A stretch of DNA of 43,643 bases from a virus, in the IMG/VR virus record IMGVR_UViG_3300045988_006838, positions 1 to 43,643 of that record; one strand, given 5' to 3'. A program made the translations under genes and the position numbers. Of the stretch, positions 1-9,482 are shown piece after piece (within the stretch, counting starts at the first letter, position 1; each line of letters begins with the position of its first letter). A model generated the notes under the pieces. It worked only from the letters and a program-made list of their open reading frames with translations, was not told the DNA's origin and searched no databases.

Positions 1-55
1 CACGGGGCTGCGCCGCGCCCCACGCGGCGAACTGCTCGTCGGTGGCGCTCTGGGC
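1..55. repeat. Terminal overlap copy 1 (identical to 43589..43643)
   Basis: cacggggctgcgccgcgccccacgcggcgaactgctcgtcggtggcgctctgggc occurs at both window ends; an ORF reads through it. Confidence 0.95.
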
Positions 56-907
56 AATGCGCAGGCTGCCGTTGGCGGTCGCCGTCACGCCGGAGACAGC
101 CAGCGTCTGCACGCCGTTGCTCCACCCCGCCGCCGTCAGCGTGGCGGCAGCGGACACGGATGGCGGGGCGTAGTCCACGTTGCTTGTCGCTTTGCTCACG
201 CCGCCCGACCCGTCGCCCTTGAGGATGCCGCTGGCCGTGATCTTGGACTGTTTTGTGCTTACGTCGGCAAGATCGTCACAGAAATCCGTCTCAGTACCGG
301 AATAGCCGCTCTCCTGGGCGTATTGGTATGCACTTTTGCCGTTGTCGCCCTTGGGGCCTTGTGGGCCAGGTTTTCCATCTTCGCCTGGCGCGCCCTGAGG
401 GCCCGCCAGCTTTCCCACGTTTACCCATGCGGATTTGTCAACGTCCCATTGGTAGACAACGTTATCAGATGCGCTGCCAACAAGCCACGCGCTACCGGCA
501 GTTCCTTCCGGATGTGCTGCCTCAAGCGCACCGATGGTTGGATAAAGGCCAAGAACGGTTGACACGCTGCCTTTTGACGGGTATTCTGTTTGTACATATT
601 TCTCAGTGTCAAAATCCCACACTTCCCAGTTGCCGTTGCTTCCAATGCGCGGGGGGTGGTTGCTGGCAGTTTCCGCTTTGGTCGCGGCGGCTGCCGATTG
701 TTCCTTGTAGTATTTTGCGTTGTCGGTATCCTCGTCGGTGCGCAGCCCGGTGCCACCCACCGCGTAAGACTTGGCCTCCTTCGCGTAAACTTCGGTGGTT
801 TCAGCGCCGCCGTTGAGTACCCAACTCGCCACGCTCTCCCACTGGTCGCCGGTAAACGAGGAATCCTTAAAGCTTAACGTTGTCCCGCCAATGTTAATCT
901 GAGACAT
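1..907 (-). CDS. Tail fibre protein, first 302 codons (continues at 43588..43500 across the circular junction; 331 aa total)
   Basis: ATG 907..905; frame checked open down to nt 1; MSQINIGGTTLSFKDSS..., YAKEAKSYA fibre-like N-terminus; collagen-like GPQGAPGEDGKPGPQGPKGDNGKS (about 330-405); absent from ORF track because no stop lies in this window end. Confidence 0.75.
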   Translation of the reverse strand, partial: MSQINIGGTTLSFKDSSFTGDQWESVASWVLNGGAETTEVYAKEAKSYAVGGTGLRTDEDTDNAKYYKEQSAAAATKAETASNHPPRIGSNGNWEVWDFDTEKYVQTEYPSKGSVSTVLGLYPTIGALEAAHPEGTAGSAWLVGSASDNVVYQWDVDKSAWVNVGKLAGPQGAPGEDGKPGPQGPKGDNGKSAYQYAQESGYSGTETDFCDDLADVSTKQSKITASGILKGDGSGGVSKATSNVDYAPPSVSAAATLTAAGWSNGVQTLAVSGVTATANGSLRIAQSATDEQFAAWGAAQPR

Positions 908-3395
908 TTTCCGCCTCCGTTCCGTAATAGATCAAAATGATGCCGTCCGCTCCATCGCCGCCGTCGGAACCAAGCCCGCCAACGCCGCCATCATAATACC
1001 TTGTGCTGCTTCCGTCGCTGTCTTGGTAATAACCGCCCGCGCCTCCGCCAGAACCGCCATTGCCGCCATTGCCGCCGCAACCGCGTACTGTCGCGTCGGT
1101 TCCCGCGACGGTCGCGTTTACACCAGCAGCGCCAGCGAGCGCCTTTGTGCCAGCCTTGCCTACCGTGGATTCTCCGTTCGCCGCGACGACCGCGCCGCTT
1201 CCGTATCCGTAGTGGTATGTCCGCGTGTAAGGCTCAGACGCGTCAACATAGCCGCTGTACATCGTTGTTTGGGACGTTCTGTCTCCGCCCGATGCCCACA
1301 TCACAACGGAGCATGAGCCGCTTCCGCTGATGGTGCATGACCCACTCATTGACGTCCAACCTGACGACTTGTCGCCCTGTAGCGATATCGTCCTTGAGCT
1401 GCCGCCCAGCGTGATCTTTATGTAGATCGTATACTCGTAATAACTGCTTGGCTTGCTGACCGTTGCGTTAAAAGTAACGGAATTTCCGGACGCTTCGTAA
1501 GTGACCGTAAGGTATATCGCGGGTGTATAGCTTGTCCACCGGCTTCCGCTCACCAATGTACCGCTGTCGCTTCCGCCGATCTCCGTTGACGTATCGCCTT
1601 TTTTAGCGCCGCCGGTGTACGTCACGCCATTATAAACGATTTCGCCAGCCGCCCCGTCAGAGCCGCCGCCCTTTGCGCCCGGGCTGCCAGAGTTGCCCGG
1701 CGCGCCATATACGCTTGCCGGTGACAAAAAGTCCTGGAAACCGGAATACGACGGTGCGCCATCGTCAGAAGTGAGAACAATAGGATCTCCGTCCTTGCTG
1801 TAAGCCATCGTGGATGCTGTTCCCGCGCTGCCTTGTGGGTTGCTTTGTGTGCCGCCAACGCCGCCGCTGCCGATTACGCAAACAAACGACATGCCGCCGC
1901 AGTTCTCGCCGATAATTGGTTCCAGCACACGGCCACCAGACCCAGCCTCGCCGGGAAGTCCACCAGCGCCGCCTTTCTTATAGCCGCCGGAAGCGGCCTT
2001 TTCTCCGTTGCCGCCAGTTCCGCCTACCGAGCCACCGTGGCCTCCGCCGATCAGAACCGCGCGGCACTTTGTCGCGCCCTCCGGCAGCGTGACCGTCTGC
2101 GAGGATGTAACAACGATAACATCGGTGTAGTCGTTGCCCCATGTGGGCGCGTAGTCCGCGATGATCGTCGCGCCGCCCTTCAGCACGTGCGAGCCTGTAA
2201 GCGTCAATTCGCTGATGAGCCCGGATGTGGCGTCCCCGTAAGGGTCGGTAAAACTCACCGCGTCACCGGCACGCTCGCCCCGCGACACAAGGTCGATTTT
2301 TACGGTTTTAGCGCTGGTGTAATAGGAGTAGAGCCGCTCAACAACGTTGCTACTGTTGGCTCTTGAGACAAGCGTCGCGTCTGTAACAGTTACTGTGTTG
2401 TCCTCGTCCGCGTTTACGTCGCCCTTAAACCGCTCAACAGTTGTGTGCGTGTACTTGTGGCCGGTTAAGGTGGCGCTGCCGGTAGCCGATACGATAGCGT
2501 AGTTGATGCCGCTCTCCAAAATAGCCCCGTTGTCAACGCTCAAATCATGCATCGGCTCGGAGAACTCTACCAGCATGCCCAATAAAGACACGCCTTTCGG
2601 GGAGATAAACGGATTATCCGGAAGGATAACAGAACCCTCAAACAGCGTTGTTTGCTCGTCGCTAGAACCCTTGTTCAAGTAAGCGTGTTCCAACACGGAG
2701 ACCTTTGTCACGCCGTCTGGATACTCCACCGAACCACCGGTGTATATCCGACTGTCCGGTATTTCCGTCGTCGTGTCGGAACTCAGCACCGTAATGAACA
2801 TATCGCCGGACGCGTCCTTTTTTACCGTAGCGCCCAGCGCGAAAAGCGCCTGATGGAGATTTTCGCGCCGGGTTGCCACAGGGAGCCAGCCATACACTTT
2901 TTGGTTTGCAATGGTTTCGTCCATCGTATAGGGGACAAGGCCGCCAATAATGTCCGCCACAACGCTTGATAGCGTATCGTTGCCCGTGTAATACAGCCCG
3001 CCGTAATGCTTTGATTTTCCCAGCATTCCGACGGCAGACACACAAGAAATACTATACAGGTGCTTTTTCACGCGGATACACTTCTGCATGTAAAACTTGC
3101 CGATCAGCGCGTTGTCGTGGTAATACAGCACCGTCCGGCCATATTTATATTGCGCAGGGTCGGAGGTCAGCGCGGAGAAATACGGCCTGCACCCAAGTAT
3201 CAGCTGGTCGCTGGACATAATGCCGTCCGCGTCAGAGGGCTTAATAATGGTCGGGACTTTGGATGTCGGATCAATTTGAGCATTGAACGTGTCGTATCCC
3301 AGCTCAGCGCCTGTCATGGATTCCACCAGCAAAGCGCCTACAGATTCAATATTACCATCCGTATAATCGTCAGTCAGCGTTGTGATTCTGTTCAT
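894..3395 (-). CDS. Tail tip / tail-associated (Tal-like) protein with glycine-rich C-terminal third
   Basis: 833 aa; RBS GAGGTG; sits after tape measure and Dit-like gene; GGGHGGSVGGTGGNG and GGNGGNGGSGGGAGG tracts. Confidence 0.5.
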   Translation of the reverse strand: MNRITTLTDDYTDGNIESVGALLVESMTGAELGYDTFNAQIDPTSKVPTIIKPSDADGIMSSDQLILGCRPYFSALTSDPAQYKYGRTVLYYHDNALIGKFYMQKCIRVKKHLYSISCVSAVGMLGKSKHYGGLYYTGNDTLSSVVADIIGGLVPYTMDETIANQKVYGWLPVATRRENLHQALFALGATVKKDASGDMFITVLSSDTTTEIPDSRIYTGGSVEYPDGVTKVSVLEHAYLNKGSSDEQTTLFEGSVILPDNPFISPKGVSLLGMLVEFSEPMHDLSVDNGAILESGINYAIVSATGSATLTGHKYTHTTVERFKGDVNADEDNTVTVTDATLVSRANSSNVVERLYSYYTSAKTVKIDLVSRGERAGDAVSFTDPYGDATSGLISELTLTGSHVLKGGATIIADYAPTWGNDYTDVIVVTSSQTVTLPEGATKCRAVLIGGGHGGSVGGTGGNGEKAASGGYKKGGAGGLPGEAGSGGRVLEPIIGENCGGMSFVCVIGSGGVGGTQSNPQGSAGTASTMAYSKDGDPIVLTSDDGAPSYSGFQDFLSPASVYGAPGNSGSPGAKGGGSDGAAGEIVYNGVTYTGGAKKGDTSTEIGGSDSGTLVSGSRWTSYTPAIYLTVTYEASGNSVTFNATVSKPSSYYEYTIYIKITLGGSSRTISLQGDKSSGWTSMSGSCTISGSGSCSVVMWASGGDRTSQTTMYSGYVDASEPYTRTYHYGYGSGAVVAANGESTVGKAGTKALAGAAGVNATVAGTDATVRGCGGNGGNGGSGGGAGGYYQDSDGSSTRYYDGGVGGLGSDGGDGADGIILIYYGTEAENVSD

Positions 3396-3398
3396 TCG

Positions 3399-3773
3399 TT
3401 ACACCTCAGAAAACGAAACGGCAAGCCCCGTCCAGTATTCTACGCCGGTTGCGCCCTTGCCGCGATACACTACGCTTTCCGTAGTCACATAAGCGTTTAT
3501 TGCGCGGTATTCTCCGGTTCTTGGGTCAAAATAGCGTAGCAAAACAGGCTGCTCATCGTAAAGCGCGGACAAAAGCGCGGACTGCTGGTCATCTGTCAGT
3601 GGCATGCACACCGCAGTCCCACGCGCTTTTACCGCGACAATGTCCTCAAGGGCATCCCCGTTTTTCATCGTGCCGCCGTTTCCGCCGTCGATCTTTTCAT
3701 AAGAGCAGGAAAAGCCGGTCGGCGTGAAATACGGCGTGAAATCAACGCCGTTAATCGTGATCGTTTTTGCCAT
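3399..3773 (-). CDS. Small tail component (distal-tail-protein position)
   Basis: 124 aa; RBS GAGGTGA; immediately downstream of tape measure gene. Confidence 0.35.
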   Translation of the reverse strand: MAKTITINGVDFTPYFTPTGFSCSYEKIDGGNGGTMKNGDALEDIVAVKARGTAVCMPLTDDQQSALLSALYDEQPVLLRYFDPRTGEYRAINAYVTTESVVYRGKGATGVEYWTGLAVSFSEV

Positions 3774-3776
3774 CGG

Positions 3777-5894
3777 TCACCTCACAAACGATTTTCCGCG
3801 ACGGTCAGTTTCCGCCTGATTGTAGAGATACGTCCGTCTGGCCAGCGTTGTGCCGTCCAGCTCCAGCGTAATGGGAATGGTAATAGGCCGCTGTGCAGCT
3901 GCGCCAGCGTAAGCAGGCTGAAATCCGGACATGCCATATCCGCTGACATTAACGCCCATATCCGCGATATCAAAAGCCATAGCGTCTTTGACCTGACCTG
4001 TTACACCGTCGACTTTGCGCATCAGCGCCGGAAGTCCGCTGTCAAGGCCGTTGGCCGCGCCCTCCATCACGCGGCGGAACACGTTGTTCGACCACTTAGA
4101 GGGGCTATGTTCGTCAAAACCATCCTTGCCGGTAAACCAACTCTTAATCTTGTTAATAACACCAGAAACCTTGTCTTTCAGCCATCCAACGGTATCGCTA
4201 ATGCCGTTCCAGATACCTTTCAGCAAGTTTGCGCCAACATCAACGATTTGGCTCATTAGGCCGTCAAACGCTTCGACAATTCCTGTAATAATTTTAGGCA
4301 CGGCTTTAACGATTTCCACAATGATGGTGGGTAGATTTTCGATGAGCGCCACAAACAGCTGCACACCCGCCAAAATAATCTTATCGATGTTACCAACAAC
4401 GGCGTCAATGATGCCGCCGATAATCTGCGGGATGGCGGCTATGATCGTCGTGATGATTTCGGGCAAAGCCTGAATCAAAGCTACAAAAAGGTCAATTCCA
4501 GCCTGAATGATCTGTGGAATAGACTCCATTAACGCCGAAACGACGCCATCAATGATATGCGGCAGAGCCTCAACAATCGCGGTGATAATTTCCGGTAGCG
4601 CCCCCACAAGGGACGTGAGCAGCGTGATTCCTGCTTGAATAATCTGCGGGACGAACTGAAGCAGGCCTGTGACTAAACCCGTAATGATTTCGGGCAAAGC
4701 CGCAATTAGTGTCGGCAGAGCACTCAGCAGCCCTTGCGCCAGCCCCATGACGATTTGCAAAGCGGCCTTTAAAAGAAGTGGGAGGTTTTCCACAAGGCCG
4801 CTTATCAAGGCGGTAATCATCGCGACGCCGCCCGCAACCAACTCTGGAGTGTTTTCAGTGATTTTATCAGCAACCGTACTAATAATGGAAAATGCGCAAC
4901 TTATGAGCCCGTCTAAGCTATTCATGATCCCATCAATAAGAGCAAAAACCATGTCCACGCCAGCGGTTAAAATAAGCGGGAGGTTGTCGGAGATTGTCTG
5001 CACTACAGTTGGGACGATTTTTTCAGATGCCGAAGAAATAAACTTTCCGATGCCTTGAATTGTTGTTTCAATTCGAGGAATGAGGTTGTGGCCTGCATTA
5101 ACAGCACTATCGACAAATGCATTCATGCGGGCGTCAAAATCCGCCTGGTCATCCGCAAAAGCCAGAACAAGGTTTTGCCATGCCGATTTCATTGACGCAA
5201 CGCTGCCTTGAATGGTGCCAGCCGCCTCATTCGCGGCATACCCCGCGAGGCCCTGCATTTCGATGTAATCAACCAGCGCATTTTGAGCGTCAGCAAGATT
5301 GTCAATTTGGTAGGAGGTAGCTTTCCCGTTTGCGGCATTCCACTCGTTTACCTTGTCGATGACTTCCTGAAATCCTTCCTTTGTGGGCGTAATACCAAGC
5401 TGCAAATTGTCAAGCATGGTATAGTTGGATTTCATAATGCCGTTAAATGCGTTTTGTACGGCTTCTTGCGTATTGCCTGTTGCGGCAACAACATCGGCCT
5501 CTGCCGTAATAATACGGTCTGCCAATTCTGCCGCCGCTTTTTCATCTCCGCCAAGCGCTGTTTTCAGCCCGGTCGCGAACCCGTTGACCTGCTGCAAATA
5601 GTCATTCATGCTCATTTGCACGGTGCTGTACGCGCTTTCAGCCTTTTCAGCGATAAAATCATACGCATCGCCAAACATAAGCTCTGCGCCGCCTACCAAC
5701 TGCTCATACTCGCCGTAGCTTTCAACCGCCTGCTTTGTGAGAGCGACGACCGCGCCGGTGGCTGCCGTCACAGCGGCCATTCCGATTTTGGCAGCAGTTT
5801 TCAGTCCGCTCTTGAGCTTACCGGAAAGCGTTTCAACTCCTTCACTTGCCTGATCGTCAACGCCAATCCTTACAAAAAGGTCAAGTAAGTTCAT
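3777..5894 (-). CDS. Tail tape measure protein
   Basis: 705 aa; follows G/G-T chaperone pair; long helical N-part then repetitive hydrophobic segments (LPEIITAIVEALPHIIDGVV-type repeats). Confidence 0.85.
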   Translation of the reverse strand: MNLLDLFVRIGVDDQASEGVETLSGKLKSGLKTAAKIGMAAVTAATGAVVALTKQAVESYGEYEQLVGGAELMFGDAYDFIAEKAESAYSTVQMSMNDYLQQVNGFATGLKTALGGDEKAAAELADRIITAEADVVAATGNTQEAVQNAFNGIMKSNYTMLDNLQLGITPTKEGFQEVIDKVNEWNAANGKATSYQIDNLADAQNALVDYIEMQGLAGYAANEAAGTIQGSVASMKSAWQNLVLAFADDQADFDARMNAFVDSAVNAGHNLIPRIETTIQGIGKFISSASEKIVPTVVQTISDNLPLILTAGVDMVFALIDGIMNSLDGLISCAFSIISTVADKITENTPELVAGGVAMITALISGLVENLPLLLKAALQIVMGLAQGLLSALPTLIAALPEIITGLVTGLLQFVPQIIQAGITLLTSLVGALPEIITAIVEALPHIIDGVVSALMESIPQIIQAGIDLFVALIQALPEIITTIIAAIPQIIGGIIDAVVGNIDKIILAGVQLFVALIENLPTIIVEIVKAVPKIITGIVEAFDGLMSQIVDVGANLLKGIWNGISDTVGWLKDKVSGVINKIKSWFTGKDGFDEHSPSKWSNNVFRRVMEGAANGLDSGLPALMRKVDGVTGQVKDAMAFDIADMGVNVSGYGMSGFQPAYAGAAAQRPITIPITLELDGTTLARRTYLYNQAETDRRGKSFVR

Positions 5895-6142
5895 TCAACC
5901 ACCTCCAAACTGCCAATCACAGATTTCATATGCGCGATAACTTCATCACTGGTGCGCGTTTCTTCCTTTTGCGGCACAGCAAAATCCGCATACCGTGCTT
6001 GCAAATAAGAGCCTCCCACGTTTTTAGCCGTATTTTCCGCAATAATGCGCAGTGCGTCGGTCACGTAGACGCGATAAACAAGCCTGTCTTGCCGATCTTT
6101 ATATTTTGCAAGACAATACTGCAAAAACGGCTTTAATTTTTT
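5891..6142 (-). CDS. T-part of tail assembly chaperone G-T, reached by -1 frameshift from 6133..6528
   Basis: The -1 frame is open from the slippery site: ...KKLKPFLQYCLAKYKDRQDRLVYRV...; ends 4 nt inside the tape measure start. Confidence 0.7.
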   Translation of the reverse strand, partial: KKLKPFLQYCLAKYKDRQDRLVYRVYVTDALRIIAENTAKNVGGSYLQARYADFAVPQKEETRTSDEVIAHMKSVIGSLEVVE

Positions 6143-6528
6143 GATTCCCCTGTACTCTCCTGCGCAGAGCCAGAGGAAGTCTCGCTCTGCGCCGAAACAA
6201 AAAGCTCTGAAAATGCCTCGTCCGTCAAAAGCTCGACGGTGTCCTGCATCAATTTGGCGAGATTCAGCGATTTTTTATAGTCTTCGGCACTTATACCCTC
6301 GATAGCGGACAGAATCGTAATAATATCAGCCTTGTGCTCCCTCAAAAGTGTTGGAAGCGCTTTTCTGATACGCTGCGCCATAAAGGCTTTGGCGGTCATT
6401 CCATCCGGGCACTTTTCGCGTTTGAAAAGCGTGGAAGCGCTTTCACTGGTGGCGATATTGGCAATAGGGTCAATAATGTCGGCGATTACGTCAAAAACGC
6501 GTTCGCCCTGAATTTCAGACAGCTTCAT
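6133..6528 (-). CDS. Tail assembly chaperone (G)
   Basis: 131 aa, acidic C-terminus; located between major tail and tape measure genes. Confidence 0.65.
   Translation of the reverse strand: MKLSEIQGERVFDVIADIIDPIANIATSESASTLFKREKCPDGMTAKAFMAQRIRKALPTLLREHKADIITILSAIEGISAEDYKKSLNLAKLMQDTVELLTDEAFSELFVSAQSETSSGSAQESTGESKN
6136..6142 (-). promoter_or_regulatory. Slippery heptamer A_AAA_AAT for programmed -1 ribosomal frameshift
   Basis: Minus strand TCA AAA AAT TAA; heptamer directly precedes the G stop codon; -1 frame continues into the 5891 ORF. Confidence 0.65.
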
Positions 6529-7106
6529 TAGGTTCCCTCCGTTTCAGGTGCGATGCTGTAAAAGACCATTGGCATGGTGTCCTGTGCCTCGATAGACACA
6601 TGTCCGGTCAGGCCGACAGAAATCTGGCCCTTTCCGTTTTTGGACGTCTGAATGGAAAACCCATCGGTAGACAGAGCGTTTTTCAGCTGAATGGCAACAA
6701 CGCCGCCGTCAGCTCGGTCGCCAACCCACCAAATGTCAGAAAAGTCGGTCTGCTTCAGGTTTCTGCGCGGGACGATCTTGCTGGTGTTGGTGGTATCAAT
6801 GTCCGCCGCACCCAGCGCCAGTTTGATACCGGCGGGAGATGTACCCAGAGACGTAAAGCTCATCTTGCAATCCCACCCGTCCAGATGCTTCAGTTCCATC
6901 AAGTTCGCGGGGCAGTTATCCACGTCCTCACCCATGTCGGAGTATGTCGGTGTACAAGATGCGTTGATGCCGCCCGTGGTGGCGCAAATAATATCACTGT
7001 CTTTCGGCGCGGCCACAGAGGACGGGTCAAAAGACTTGAGCAGCACACCGGCGTCAAGCTGCAAGCTTTCGAAAGTGTCCTGCGGGATTACGGTAAATTT
7101 GCTCAT
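6528..7106 (-). CDS. Major tail (tube) protein
   Basis: ATG at 7106 with AAAGGGG RBS (track start 7112 is TTG); 192 aa; position upstream of the chaperones. Confidence 0.7.
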   Translation of the reverse strand: MSKFTVIPQDTFESLQLDAGVLLKSFDPSSVAAPKDSDIICATTGGINASCTPTYSDMGEDVDNCPANLMELKHLDGWDCKMSFTSLGTSPAGIKLALGAADIDTTNTSKIVPRRNLKQTDFSDIWWVGDRADGGVVAIQLKNALSTDGFSIQTSKNGKGQISVGLTGHVSIEAQDTMPMVFYSIAPETEGT

Positions 7107-7119
7107 ATGCAAACCCCTT

Positions 7120-7488
7120 TCAATTTTCAGTCAGGTATTCAGCGGTAATATTGAGATATCGCCGCTTAATGTTTTTATCGGTTTCGTCCGCAATGTTCTG
7201 GCACCACGGAGTTCCGCGCTTGATCCAGATATAGCCTCCGTCGCACGGAATCACCGTGCCGCCGTAACCGATTGCAGTGCTGATTTCTTGTGCTTTAGCG
7301 TTTGGAATAGCTTCGCTTTCCGTGTAGTACCATAGATTTACAGTCAGGCTGATTTCTCCGCTGTCCAATGCGCCAGTAATGAGTTCATAGGTTAGCCACG
7401 GAAACGTTGCATCTTCCGGTACGTTGGAGGTGGGATAAGCCGTCAAAAACTGCGAGAACCACGCATGCAGAGCCTTGTCTTTCGTCAT
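7120..7488 (-). CDS. Neck / tail terminator-position protein
   Basis: 122 aa; gene order between head-closure and tube genes; start overlaps upstream stop. Confidence 0.4.
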   Translation of the reverse strand: MTKDKALHAWFSQFLTAYPTSNVPEDATFPWLTYELITGALDSGEISLTVNLWYYTESEAIPNAKAQEISTAIGYGGTVIPCDGGYIWIKRGTPWCQNIADETDKNIKRRYLNITAEYLTEN

Positions 7489-7844
7489 TGCGGCAGCTCC
7501 TTCCGCTCAACTGTGAAGAACTTCAAGCCCTGAATCATCGGGCCTGCCGATTTTGGCGCAGAGCGTTCCTCCGGATTGGAAGTCACGCGGTATGTGTCTC
7601 CTGTGGTTTTGTCGCGGAAATAATCGCCGTACTCGATGGGCACAGCCTTGTTAACAAGCGCGGAATAAACGCTTGTAACGCCCTCTTTTTCTGCTCTGCG
7701 TGCTTCCATGGAAGTGTCCAGCGCCTGATAGTTCAAAAACTCCGCGCCGTTTATCCACGTCGTTTCATATCCGCCCGCCCCGTCTGGTGTTCTGTTTTTT
7801 TCCAGCAAAATACACGTTCGGGCAAAATCGTTTAACAGGCTCAC
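7485..7844 (-). CDS. Head closure / head-tail joining protein
   Basis: 119 aa; synteny; translationally coupled on both sides. Confidence 0.45.
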   Translation of the reverse strand: MSLLNDFARTCILLEKNRTPDGAGGYETTWINGAEFLNYQALDTSMEARRAEKEGVTSVYSALVNKAVPIEYGDYFRDKTTGDTYRVTSNPEERSAPKSAGPMIQGLKFFTVERKELPQ

Positions 7845-8275
7845 GGTTCCACCCCCTTGATTTTTCGCCAGCTGTTTAACCGGCTCCGGAAAGCGTCTTG
7901 CCAGCCGGTTACTGCGCTTGTTCCTGCCGAACCAGCGCTTGCTTTGGTGTAGCTGTAGCCGCCGAAAGATTCACTGGTAAACGGACTGGAAATGATGTCT
8001 CCGTTTTTCTGCTGCCATTGCTCAATTTCTTCGGACAACTCAATTACCGCGTTCGGTATAGCCAGTGCCCATATCGATCCGTCAAACGTCTCATCTAACA
8101 GATCATAGGCGGGGTATTGATGCAGCCCATCATTAAAAACGGAGCCAGAAATGCGGAAAAACTGCCGATTCTGGAGAAAGGGCAGCGCAATGCCGCCTCT
8201 CTCCACGGTAAACACGCCCCTGTGAATATCCACAAGAAACCAGTTGTTTAAGTGCCGCAAGATTTGCTCAAGCAT
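7841..8275 (-). CDS. Head-tail connector (adaptor) protein
   Basis: 144 aa; RBS GGAGGGCGG; first gene after major capsid. Confidence 0.4.
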   Translation of the reverse strand: MLEQILRHLNNWFLVDIHRGVFTVERGGIALPFLQNRQFFRISGSVFNDGLHQYPAYDLLDETFDGSIWALAIPNAVIELSEEIEQWQQKNGDIISSPFTSESFGGYSYTKASAGSAGTSAVTGWQDAFRSRLNSWRKIKGVEP

Positions 8276-8290
8276 TACGCCGCCCTCCTG

Positions 8291-9463
8291 TTACTTCGCC
8301 GTCACGGTGGCGTTACCAGCTTTCAGCGCCTTGTAGTCGGAGCTGGCTTCCACGACGGTGATTTCCTGGCTGTTTGCCGCCGTAATTTCAGACGTGCCGT
8401 CCCAAGCAGTCCACGTCTTGACGTTCTGGCCGTAGGTCACGGTTTCGGCAGCAGAGCCGACATTGTACTTGTAGACGTTGTCGGCGTTGGCCTTTGCGGG
8501 AGACACGGTGATCTTGGTGTTGCCGGAACTAGTGCCAGCGGCAGAAGTCACAGTCAGCGTGCCAAGCGTCTGTGCGCCGACAGTCGCCACGGCAATACCG
8601 TCCAGATACTCCGCCCACAGCTTCATGCCCATGATGGCATACATATCGCCGGTAGCCCGGGAGTAATCGCCCTCGACATGGACGCCGATCAGGTTGGTTT
8701 CGCCCTTAACAGTGTAGTTCAGGCCCAGCTTGGCAAAGTCGCTGTCACCGGGGTCAACATAGTAGAGGTCGATGTTCTCCACAGGCAGCGCAATAACCGT
8801 GCCCTGTGCAATGTACTTGTCAGGCAGCAGGAACAGGGTGCGGTAGCCAAGGAAGTTCTCCACGTAGTTCAGGCCGAAAACGGTCTGCACGGTAATTTCT
8901 TTGTCGCCCAGATAGTCGTAAGCGTCCAGAATGTTGGCAAAACCAACGATCTCGGTAACGTCCTTGTCCATACCCGCAAACTTGTCCAGCACCTTGCCCT
9001 TCGCCATAGCAAGCGCCCGCTGCCATGTGGTCTCGCTCAGCGTCAGAGTGCCGGTGCCCAGGAAGGTATAAAACTCACCCAAAATCTTATTCTGGAGAGC
9101 CACCAGAAAAGCATCGTCGGTCTTTTCCACGGCCACGTCAGCGCCGTACTTGGCAACGGATTCCAGTGTTACGCTCTTGGCGTACTTGGCGACCTCGATA
9201 TCAGCGTAGGAGACCGGCTCCACCTTCATTTTGGTGAAAGGAATCTCGTCACCCTCGGCAACAGAAGTGCCGCCCTGCAGCGTACCGTCAACGCTGGCTT
9301 TGTAAGACACCAGCTTAGTGCCAGGTGCCTTGCGGATAGGGCGCATAATGCCCATAATGTTGCGCAGCGCGTCCCAGTTGTCCGCGAATCGCGTTACAAA
9401 ATCGACCTCGCGGACGGAGGTAGAAAACTGACCGGTAGTGGTCACATTGTTTTTAGCAGCCAT
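8291..9463 (-). CDS. Major capsid protein (HK97-fold type) with C-terminal Ig-like extension
   Basis: 390 aa; RBS AAAGGAG; follows scaffold gene; C-terminal LTVTSAAGTSSGNTKITVSP...ATVTAK resembles a Big_2-like decoration domain. Confidence 0.8.
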   Translation of the reverse strand: MAAKNNVTTTGQFSTSVREVDFVTRFADNWDALRNIMGIMRPIRKAPGTKLVSYKASVDGTLQGGTSVAEGDEIPFTKMKVEPVSYADIEVAKYAKSVTLESVAKYGADVAVEKTDDAFLVALQNKILGEFYTFLGTGTLTLSETTWQRALAMAKGKVLDKFAGMDKDVTEIVGFANILDAYDYLGDKEITVQTVFGLNYVENFLGYRTLFLLPDKYIAQGTVIALPVENIDLYYVDPGDSDFAKLGLNYTVKGETNLIGVHVEGDYSRATGDMYAIMGMKLWAEYLDGIAVATVGAQTLGTLTVTSAAGTSSGNTKITVSPAKANADNVYKYNVGSAAETVTYGQNVKTWTAWDGTSEITAANSQEITVVEASSDYKALKAGNATVTAK

Positions 9464-9482
9464 AGTAGCTCCTTTCTCAAAA

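Noticed and set aside
1-55. The 55-nt terminal repeat as genuine phage direct terminal repeats or a cos site
   Set aside because: A continuous tail-fibre ORF reads through it with exact frame closure. The terminase is of the PBSX headful type. The exact short overlap is typical of assembler circularisation. It is not formally excluded without read-end data.
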